This document shows positions 35,102 through 42,652 of a stretch of 64,000 nt of DNA, one piece after another. The notes under the pieces were generated by a model. It searched no databases, was not told the DNA's origin, and saw only the letters and a list, made by a program, of their open reading frames with translations. The stretch comes from an uncultured Verrucomicrobiae bacterium (GTDB taxonomy: Bacteria > Verrucomicrobiota > Verrucomicrobiia > Chthoniobacterales > JAFAMB01): contig CAVZKG010000005.1 in assembly GCA_963775805.1 (NCBI GenBank), positions 337,234 through 401,233 of the forward strand, in the 5' to 3' direction. Within the stretch, counting starts at the first letter, position 1; every line of letters starts with the position of its first letter. A program made the translations under genes and the position numbers.

Positions 35102-36490
35102 TTCGACGAGCTTGGCCACCATCTCAGGAAAGCGGCAGTCGACGCAGTTGGTCGTATCGGCGAGGCAAAAATCTTCGAATATTTGCAATAATCCTTGCTG
35201 TTGATAGAGAAACTGAACGTGCTCGAATCCGCGTTCTGTATCTCCGAACAGACGTTTGCAAACGATCGCTAGACGCCGATTCCCCGATTCCGCCCGGATC
35301 CGCTTGTACGTTTCCCAATCGGCTTGGTTCGTCACTACCAGCATTGGTTCGATCACATTGGCGAGAATCTCTTTGATGCGCGCCTCACCAAGCAAATGAA
35401 TCGGTTTCAGTGTGGCTTTTGATCCGAGCGTATAGTGATGATCCCAAAAAGGATGCGAGAGTTTGCCGATCCATTCTCCGACGGAGTCGAGCCGAGGCGC
35501 TAATATCCGGAATTCCTTCCAACGCCGCGCCAAATCCGCCAAAGCGCCTAGACGGCGATGTGGATGGTTACCCGGTCTTGTCATCCCGAATCTCCAAAGG
35601 CCTTTGCTCATGATGAGGTGCGAATATTGGCTTCTGAGCTGCCACCAATCGCGCCACAGAACTCGCCAATAGTCCCGGTCTGAAGGCGACGCCTGATTGA
35701 TTCTTTTGTCCTCGAGAAATCCGGCCATGCCGAACAAAAGGCTTTCGGCGGCGGATCCATGCTCACGCAGCAGTTTCAGATTTGCGCGCTGCGCAAGGAC
35801 CAGAAACGGGATCTTGTTCAGTTTGTAACCAAGCGATATGGCGATTGCTTGAAAGATCGCATCGTCCAAACCGTGAGCAGCGGCAGCCCGTTGAAGTTGA
35901 TTCGCCTTCTTTTGCATTCGGACGTGTGCCGCGGTTTCGATCAGATCATTGACAGTTTGGGAGGGAAGCTGTTTCAAAGGTGCACAGCAGCGCCCCGGAT
36001 GCGCGATCGGTGGGTCGAGCAGCCTCGTCAGATCAATCTCGCTTTGGAGATGAATCTGTGGGACCTCGCGATTAGCTGTTGTTCGCGTGAAATGACTGGC
36101 ACCACCTTTGTGGAGGAAAAGATGCAGGATCGTATTATCAAACGCATCGTTTTGCGAGTGGCCGTGGCGCTCCCAGTCCGCGACATGCATATCGAATTCA
36201 ACGTCGCCTTCAAGGATCGGGCCGCCATCGATCCTCATAGAAACATGAACAAAGTCTGGCCCCGATTCACGGTTCCAAAATCCGAATTGCACAATTTCAA
36301 CGAGAGACCCTGAAACGGATCGAAAAATCGTGCCGAACGCTCCGGAATACCACATGGCTTGCCACTCCAGTTCGGTCCATTTGTCGGTCAAAGTCCGTGG
36401 CGGTTCGCCGACCTTCGTTGACGCTTGCGAGCACGCGTCAAGATAAATTGAAACGTATGAGCATAAGGAAAGTGCGCGAGTTGTTGTCAC
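35099..36490 (-). CDS. DUF2851 family protein
   Basis: The block GDVEFDMHVADWERHGHSQNDAFDNTILHLFLH matches my recollection of the DUF2851 signature. About 460 aa. Confidence 0.6.
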   Translation of the reverse strand: MTTTRALSLCSYVSIYLDACSQASTKVGEPPRTLTDKWTELEWQAMWYSGAFGTIFRSVSGSLVEIVQFGFWNRESGPDFVHVSMRIDGGPILEGDVEFDMHVADWERHGHSQNDAFDNTILHLFLHKGGASHFTRTTANREVPQIHLQSEIDLTRLLDPPIAHPGRCCAPLKQLPSQTVNDLIETAAHVRMQKKANQLQRAAAAHGLDDAIFQAIAISLGYKLNKIPFLVLAQRANLKLLREHGSAAESLLFGMAGFLEDKRINQASPSDRDYWRVLWRDWWQLRSQYSHLIMSKGLWRFGMTRPGNHPHRRLGALADLARRWKEFRILAPRLDSVGEWIGKLSHPFWDHHYTLGSKATLKPIHLLGEARIKEILANVIEPMLVVTNQADWETYKRIRAESGNRRLAIVCKRLFGDTERGFEHVQFLYQQQGLLQIFEDFCLADTTNCVDCRFPEMVAKLVE

Positions 36491-36719
36491 TATAGAACAT
36501 AATTACAACATGTTATAACAAAATTCGCAAGAGTGTCCATCGGAAATTTTTTAATTAATCTGAACAACTCAGCGGGCGATTCTGCAGGTTACAACGAGCG
36601 TCTCGCTTCGTCACGCCTATTTTCGACGACCTCAAAGCGGTGAACTATGAATTGGCCTTTGACAGTGCCCTCCGAAAGGAAACAGGCATGAGCGTTAGCT
36701 CGAATATCTCACGAGCCAT

Positions 36720-37505
36720 TCAAGCTTGTGAGACGTCGAGACGAAGCCCGTCGTAGGCAAGGAAAGTATTCTCCGGGAGTTCTTTCTCGGTCGCGGCGTG
36801 ACCGAAATCGTGACTGAGATGGGTCAGGTAAGTGCGATTCGGGTTCACCATCCGCGCGAAGGCGAGGCCTTCCATCATGTTCATGTGCGTCGGATGCACT
36901 CGTCTGCACGGCGTCCCAAGAATCAGCGTCTCAACTCCTTCGAGCATCTTGAGTCCAACCGGATAGACGTATTTGCAATCGCTCAAGTACGCGGCAATCG
37001 AGCGGTTTTCCCGGCGAAACAGGTAGCCGAGTACATGCGCGCTGCCATGCTCTACACGGATCGGGTGAATTTCAGTTTTTCCAAGGAAAAATGGACCGCC
37101 GATAACGTGTGGTTCCGGTCGCAAGTATCCGGGGTAATTAAACTTTCCGCTGAACGCATACGAAAACGCTTTCTCCAGGCCCTGCATCGTTTCGACGGAA
37201 GCGTAAATCGGCATGGTCGCGCCCGATGCTGAGCAGAATCGCCTTAGGTCGTCCAACCCCATTACGTGATCCGCATGCGAGTGCGAATAAAGGACTGCGT
37301 CCAGTGTCTGGATGTTTTCGCGCAACGCCTGAATCCTAAATTCGGGTCCGGTATCGACGACCCAGGATCGATCATCCGCCTGGACGTAGATCGACGAACG
37401 GGTCCGCTGATCTCGAGGGTCGGTGGATCGACAGACTTCGCAGTTGCACCGAATCATGGGTACACCCATCGAAGTTCCTGTGCCCAGAAATGTGATTGCG
37501 AGCAT
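36720..37505 (-). CDS. MBL-fold metallo-hydrolase (PhnP-like)
   Basis: LGTGTSMGVP, N-terminal CxC..C zinc knuckle (IRCNCEVC), HSHADH motif. Confidence 0.8.
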   Translation of the reverse strand: MLAITFLGTGTSMGVPMIRCNCEVCRSTDPRDQRTRSSIYVQADDRSWVVDTGPEFRIQALRENIQTLDAVLYSHSHADHVMGLDDLRRFCSASGATMPIYASVETMQGLEKAFSYAFSGKFNYPGYLRPEPHVIGGPFFLGKTEIHPIRVEHGSAHVLGYLFRRENRSIAAYLSDCKYVYPVGLKMLEGVETLILGTPCRRVHPTHMNMMEGLAFARMVNPNRTYLTHLSHDFGHAATEKELPENTFLAYDGLRLDVSQA

Positions 37506-37544
37506 CTATTGAAAAAAACCGCTGCACCCTTACATAATCGATCT

Positions 37545-39218
37545 GTGCCTGCAACGCTACGATTGCTGAGAATCCGGAACCTCGCTCTGGTGGAATCGCT
37601 CGACTGGGAGTTGACTCCCGGCTTCAGCGTCGTGACGGGTGAGACCGGAGCGGGTAAATCGGTGATCTTGGGCGCTCTCAAGCTGATCCTCGGCGAGCGG
37701 GCGGACAAAACGCTCATCCGGACGGGCGCAGACCAGTGTTCGGTCGAAGCGGCATTCGAACTCGATGACGTTACCGGTGTAAACCGGCTGCTGGATGAGC
37801 AGGGTGTGGATCGGTGTGAAGAGGGGCAATTGCTTCTGAAGCGGGTTCTATCGGTTTCGGGTAGTAGCCGGCAATTCATCAACGGATCGATGACGACGCT
37901 CGGGGTTCTGAAAGAGGTTGGCGACGGCCTTGTAGATCTGCACGGTCCCCACGATCATCAATCGCTCTTTTCACCCGATTATCAGCTCCTGCTGATCGAT
38001 GCTTTTGCCGCTCACCGCGATCTGCTGGAGAAATTTCGGGCAGTGTTCCGATCACTGAGCGATCTGCGCAAGAAGCAAAAGGAGCTTCTCGACCAGACGA
38101 CGGATCAGAATCTTGATCTCTGGCGCCATCAATTCCAGGAACTCGAATCGGCAGACCTGAAGCCATCTGAATTGGACGCGCTGCAGGCTCGGTACAACGT
38201 CGCGTCAAATTCCAAACGATTGATCGATGCAGCAGGTGCCGCGTTGGAGGAACTGTCCGGTGAGGAGAACTCGATTCTCTCACGTTTGGCCGAGATCGCG
38301 CGGCAGTTGCGAGAAATCGGACGATTGGATGCATCGGCCACCGATCTACTCCGGGCCCACGAGTCGGCGACGATCGAGGTCGAAGAATTCGAGCGAAGCA
38401 TTTTGGATTACCAATCGAACCTTGATATCGACCCGGAAGCGCTCCATTCGATGGAGGAACGGCTGAATCTCCTTCAATCCCTGCAGCGCAAGCATCGGCG
38501 CGATGAAAACGGTCTTCTCGAACTGATGGAGGAACTGAAAGCCCGGCTCGATCAATTTGGGCGAAGGGATGAACTGCTAGGTGAAATCGAAGCGCAACTT
38601 CTAACCGAAACGGGTCGGCTTGAAAAACTTGGAGGTGAGCTGTCCGCTTCTCGCAGAAAAACGGCAGTGGCTCTTTCAAAGTCGATTCACCGGCATTTAA
38701 ACGATCTCGGATTCGGCCAGGCTGCTTTCGATATCCGATTGGAGCCACTCGAAGAACCTCGCTCAAGCGGTTTTGAGACCGTTGAATTTCTGTTCGCGTC
38801 GAATCTTGGCGAACCACTGAAGCCTTTGCGAGCGGTCGCGTCCAGCGGCGAGATATCACGAGTCATGCTCGCGCTGAAAACGGTCCTGGCCCAACAAGAC
38901 CTGGTTGGTTTACTTGTTTTTGACGAGATCGACGCGAATGTCGGCGGCGAGATTGCGCATTCCATAGGGGCGAAAATGCGATCCCTCGGCGATACCCGGC
39001 AGGTGGTCGTAATCACCCATATGCCGCAGGTCGCGGCAGCAGCAGCCCGTCACTTTACAGTCATGAAGACGATTTCTGAGGGGCGAACTCGGACAACGTT
39101 AACAGAGGCCAGTGGTGTAACTCGCATCGATGAAATCGCTCGAATGCTTGGCGGCAAAACCAAATCCGCCGTCGACCACGCAAAAGAGCTCTTAAAGCAA
39201 AATACCACTCGGTCTTGA
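37545..39218 (+). CDS. recN: DNA repair protein RecN
   Basis: LRIRNLALVESLDWELTPGFSVVTGETGAGKSVILGAL (Walker A), long coiled-coil, SGGEISRVMLALK signature, LVFDEIDANVGG. Start is GTG 37545 or TTG 37563. The 37266 ORF extension is antisense to the MBL gene and rejected. Confidence 0.9.
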   Translation: MPATLRLLRIRNLALVESLDWELTPGFSVVTGETGAGKSVILGALKLILGERADKTLIRTGADQCSVEAAFELDDVTGVNRLLDEQGVDRCEEGQLLLKRVLSVSGSSRQFINGSMTTLGVLKEVGDGLVDLHGPHDHQSLFSPDYQLLLIDAFAAHRDLLEKFRAVFRSLSDLRKKQKELLDQTTDQNLDLWRHQFQELESADLKPSELDALQARYNVASNSKRLIDAAGAALEELSGEENSILSRLAEIARQLREIGRLDASATDLLRAHESATIEVEEFERSILDYQSNLDIDPEALHSMEERLNLLQSLQRKHRRDENGLLELMEELKARLDQFGRRDELLGEIEAQLLTETGRLEKLGGELSASRRKTAVALSKSIHRHLNDLGFGQAAFDIRLEPLEEPRSSGFETVEFLFASNLGEPLKPLRAVASSGEISRVMLALKTVLAQQDLVGLLVFDEIDANVGGEIAHSIGAKMRSLGDTRQVVVITHMPQVAAAAARHFTVMKTISEGRTRTTLTEASGVTRIDEIARMLGGKTKSAVDHAKELLKQNTTRS

Positions 39219-39303
39219 AACCGCTTCTCGCATGACCCCACAGGCCGCCAAGTCCGATCCAATTACACTCGGCATTCTGCTAAGCTTTGGTAAATATTTG
39301 TCC

Positions 39304-39326
39304 TGAACCGTGGGCGCCTGTTCGTC
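39304..39326 (+). promoter_or_regulatory. Candidate ECF-type promoter (TGAACC-N13-CGTC) upstream of the DGPF/ECF sigma pair
   Basis: TGAACC at 39304-39309 and CGTC at 39323-39326, about 30 nt upstream of the ATG at 39356. It resembles generic GAAC...CGT(C) ECF promoters. The spacing is slightly short. Confidence 0.3.
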
Positions 39327-39355
39327 GTCCAAATGAGCAAACCCAAATAAGAGAT

Positions 39356-39763
39356 ATGACAACACAATCAACGACATCCGACTACATGCTGCTATTTCGT
39401 GGAAACGACTGGGATCGGAAACGTTCCCCGGAAGAGCTGCAGCAGGTGATGAGCAAATGGTCTGCCTGGTACGAGGACTTGATCGAAAAGGGCAAGATCA
39501 AATCTGCGCATCCTCTTGTTAATGAGGGCCGCGTTGTTTCTCAAAAGAAAGGCCAAGCCGTTGCGGATGGCCCGTTCGCTGAGTCTAAGGAAGCGATTGG
39601 CGGGTATTTCTTGCTCCAAATGACGAATCTTGAGGAAGCGCTTCAGATTGCCAAACGATGCCCCTCGCTCGAATACGGGATGATCGTCGAGGTCCGGCCC
39701 GTCGCAGAACAATGTCCGGTATTCGAACTTTTGGGCCGTGAGCTAGCGCACGCGGCGCAATGA
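39356..39763 (+). CDS. YCII-related DGPF-domain protein
   Basis: About 135 aa. YMLLFRGNDW... and the motif ADGPFAESKEAIGGYFLL (DGPF). The stop overlaps the sigma-factor start by 4 nt. Confidence 0.75.
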   Translation: MTTQSTTSDYMLLFRGNDWDRKRSPEELQQVMSKWSAWYEDLIEKGKIKSAHPLVNEGRVVSQKKGQAVADGPFAESKEAIGGYFLLQMTNLEEALQIAKRCPSLEYGMIVEVRPVAEQCPVFELLGRELAHAAQ

Positions 39764-41070
39764 AGCTTGTGAGTTTGAGCCACGACGAGCTGGAACCGGT
39801 GCCGGCAGGTGATGTTTCCCGGTTGGCGGAGCATTTTTTCCGGATCGAAGCCGGGAAACTAGTCTCGGTATTGACAGGCATTTTTGGGATCGACCGTTTG
39901 CAACTGGCTGAAGACGTTGTGCAGGAGGCTCTTGTCCGCGCGTTGCGGACCTGGCCCTATTACGGCGTCCCCAAGAATCCCGCAGCCTGGATCACGCAAA
40001 CAGCGAAGAATCTGGCACTCGATCTTCTCCGACGAGAAAAGTTCCTGCGAGAGCGGCAGCCCGAAATCATCGCCTCCGTCGAACGATGGTCTTCAGATTC
40101 GGCCGATGCCGACATGCCCGTATTCGATACCGAAATAAGGGATAGCCGGCTGCGACTCTTTTTTGTCTGCTGCCATCCGATGCTTCCTGCCGAGGCACAG
40201 ACTGCGCTGGCACTCAAGACGCTCTGCGGATTCAGTCCGGCCGAGATAGCCAAAGCTTTTCTAACGACAGAAGCCGCAATCGCGAAGCGTCTGACACGAA
40301 CGAGACAAAGGATCCGAGAACTCGGTATCCGATTTGAGATTCCAGATGGAACGGAGTTCTCGAGCCGGCTGGATGGCGTGCTGCAGGCACTTTATCTGAT
40401 GTTCAACGAAGGCTACAAGGCCTCTTCAGGGAAGAACCTGGTAAGAGAAGACCTCTGTTACGAAGCGATCCGACTCGCAACGCTTCTTACCGAGCATCCT
40501 TTGGCAGATCAGCCCCGAACTCATGCACTTCTCGCCCTGATGCTGCTGGATGCCGCAAGGCTGCCGGCCCGATTAGACGCGGATGGAAACATTTTGCGTC
40601 TGAAGGAACAGGATCGCTCAAAATGGAATCGTTCACTGATCGATCGAGGGATCGTTCATCTCGGACAAGCTGCCGAAGGGGCTTATCTCAGCGAATACCA
40701 TCTCCAGGCTGCGATCTCCGCATGCCATTGTCTCGCCCCGGACTATGAGGCAACGGACTGGAAGCGAATCCTATCGATCTATGATCATTGGACGACGATC
40801 AACCGCTCTCCAGTCGTCGCACTGAATCGTGCGGTAGCGCTGGGACGTGTCAGCGGTCCGGCCGCCGGGATGGAGGCGATCGAGACTATTATCGCCAGGG
40901 GAGAATTGGAATCTTACTATCTGCTCTACGCTGTCCGCGGCGAGTTTGCCGCGCAATTGCACAATTATGATGTTGCCGCCGACCAATTTCAGAGGGCTCT
41001 GCAACTCACCGAGCTGGAATCCGAGCGGAAGTTTCTCTCGAAACGAATTCATTCGATTCGAAGGAACTAA
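39760..41070 (+). CDS. ECF sigma factor with long C-terminal TPR-like extension (ECF42-type)
   Basis: Sigma-2 region (DVVQEALVRALRTWPYYGVPKNPAAWITQTAKNLALDLLRR), sigma-4 region (ALKTLCGFSPAEIAKAFLTTEAAIAKRLTRTRQRI), then about 230 extra residues. No adjacent anti-sigma gene. Confidence 0.8.
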   Translation: MKLVSLSHDELEPVPAGDVSRLAEHFFRIEAGKLVSVLTGIFGIDRLQLAEDVVQEALVRALRTWPYYGVPKNPAAWITQTAKNLALDLLRREKFLRERQPEIIASVERWSSDSADADMPVFDTEIRDSRLRLFFVCCHPMLPAEAQTALALKTLCGFSPAEIAKAFLTTEAAIAKRLTRTRQRIRELGIRFEIPDGTEFSSRLDGVLQALYLMFNEGYKASSGKNLVREDLCYEAIRLATLLTEHPLADQPRTHALLALMLLDAARLPARLDADGNILRLKEQDRSKWNRSLIDRGIVHLGQAAEGAYLSEYHLQAAISACHCLAPDYEATDWKRILSIYDHWTTINRSPVVALNRAVALGRVSGPAAGMEAIETIIARGELESYYLLYAVRGEFAAQLHNYDVAADQFQRALQLTELESERKFLSKRIHSIRRN

Positions 41071-41123
41071 ATCTTGACTGTCCGTCGCCGTTACCGCTAT
41101 TAGTGGGGGAGTTCTTTGAATGC

Positions 41124-41141
41124 ACCACTACATTTAGTGGT
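41124..41141. promoter_or_regulatory. NrdR-box-like palindrome ACCACTA-CATT-TAGTGGT
   Basis: Perfect 7-bp arms. Resembles the NrdR box consensus (acaCtAtATaTaGtgt). Lies just 5' of the riboswitch in front of nrdB. A degenerate partner (ACCGCTATTAGTGG) lies about 31 bp upstream at 41093-41106. Confidence 0.4.
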
Positions 41142-41144
41142 ATG

Positions 41145-41315
41145 TCCGTGAAAAAGTGCCTCCCTCTACGGTCGGAGGAGAATAGGGAAACGGGTGGGAA
41201 TCCCGTGCGGTAGCGCCGCTGTAACGAGAGACGAAAGTCCCAATGAAGTCACTGCGCGAAAGCGTGGTAAGGCGGGGCCGGTAGGATGACCTCGGAGTCA
41301 GAAGACCTGCTTTTT
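41145..41315 (+). promoter_or_regulatory. Cobalamin riboswitch (5' leader of nrdB-nrdA)
   Basis: Conserved core AAUAGGGAAACGGGUGGGAAUCCCGUGCGGUAGCGCCGCUGUAAC, then GUCACUG...GGUAAGGCGGGG, and the B12 box GAGUCAGAAGACCUGC at 41294-41310. Confidence 0.85.
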
Positions 41316-41464
41316 CATGCTCATCAAGTCCCCGGCCTGGTATCCGGGGCGACTCTCTCGCCAAAGAGAGGATGGGATGCCGAATGCTGCCTTTGCCGCC
41401 TTCTGGATCCCGGCTCGGGGATGGGAAGGCATTTTGCTTTTCGCTCCGATGATCCAATCGCGCC

Positions 41465-42637
41465 GTGGCGGGCGCTCAAGTAGAAATAACCCATCCAATG
41501 TTAAGTCTGTCAGAGCGAGCTGAGAGCTTGTCCGAAGAGCAGGAAGAGGGACGTGAAGTTCTCTATACGTTTCAAAATCGTACATTCCGCCTCGACAAAG
41601 AAAAGGCCCGGGCCCGTCTTGCCGGCAAAAGAGTCATTAATGGGATCCGAAGTGCAGAATTGAATGTTCTGCCGCTCAAGTATCACGAAGCCTATCGCAT
41701 CTATAAGCAGATGAAGGCTAATCATTGGGAACCGGACGTCATCGACATGACCAAGGATTGTGCGATGTGGAATTCGGGTAAGCTCAACGCACGCGAACGA
41801 TGGATCATCGAGATGGGGGTCGGTTACTTTTCTGCGGCGGAGGGAATCGTGGGTGATAGCGTCCTCCATGTAATCGAGGATAATCTGACTGCCGCCGAGT
41901 TGAAGCATGCCTCGCTCCGGCAAATTGCTGAGGAATCGATCCACATGGATTCGCTTCTGCACATCATCGACAGCCTCAATATCAACCTCGATGAAGTGAC
42001 CGCGAAGTTTCAGGATGTACCGTCGATTCGGAAGAAAAATGCCTATGTCACACGGCACCTGCCCGAATTGAAAATGGGCATTGATTTGACGCAGACCGTG
42101 AATAAACAAAAGTTCGCCAAGGCGATCTTCGGGATTACCCAAGTCATGGAGGGGACGCAATTTTACGCGCTCTTTGCGATGATCCTTTCGCTGCACCGCC
42201 AGAACAAAATGACCGGTATCGGTCAGATGTTTCAGTACACTTTGCGCGACGAATCGAATCACATCGCGCTCGGACGATACATTCTCGAAAAGCTGATCGA
42301 GGAGAATCCAGATCTGTGGACCGAAGAGTTCCGTTCCGAACTCGTCGCATTCATGCAAGAAGGTGTTGAACTCGAAAAGGAATTCGTGCGCGATTGCCTT
42401 CCTGCAGACATCGTTGGCATGACGCAGCAAGATTTTCTCGATTATGTCGACTACAATGCCGACCGACGTCTTGAGAGTCTCAATCTTCCGAGGTTGTCGG
42501 GCGTTTCGGCAAACCCGTTTCTATGGCTGGATGAAGTGATCTTTCTGAAAAAAGAGAAGAATTTCTTCGAGACGCGTGTGACCGAATACCAGACACGTGG
42601 AAGCGTCCAGAACACCAGCGAAGAGGATCTGATTTAA
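41465..42637 (+). CDS. nrdB: Ribonucleotide reductase small subunit, class Ic-like (R2c)
   Basis: Alignable by eye with Chlamydia trachomatis R2c: FSAAEGIV, RQIAEESIHMDSLLHII, VMEGTQFYALFAMILSLHRQNKMTGIG, YTLRDESNH, KEKNFFETRVTEYQ. Glu is the first metal ligand and Leu164 (41954-41956) sits at the radical-Tyr position. Start is GTG 41465 or ATG 41498. Confidence 0.88.
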   Translation: MAGAQVEITHPMLSLSERAESLSEEQEEGREVLYTFQNRTFRLDKEKARARLAGKRVINGIRSAELNVLPLKYHEAYRIYKQMKANHWEPDVIDMTKDCAMWNSGKLNARERWIIEMGVGYFSAAEGIVGDSVLHVIEDNLTAAELKHASLRQIAEESIHMDSLLHIIDSLNINLDEVTAKFQDVPSIRKKNAYVTRHLPELKMGIDLTQTVNKQKFAKAIFGITQVMEGTQFYALFAMILSLHRQNKMTGIGQMFQYTLRDESNHIALGRYILEKLIEENPDLWTEEFRSELVAFMQEGVELEKEFVRDCLPADIVGMTQQDFLDYVDYNADRRLESLNLPRLSGVSANPFLWLDEVIFLKKEKNFFETRVTEYQTRGSVQNTSEEDLI

Positions 42638-42652
42638 CCGGGAATTACGGCA

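Noticed and set aside
37266-37544. N-terminal extension of about 93 codons on the recN ORF.
   Set aside because: The extension is antisense to the 5' end of the MBL-fold gene and lacks RecN similarity. The conserved RecN N-terminus (LRIRNLAL...) begins at 37545/37563.
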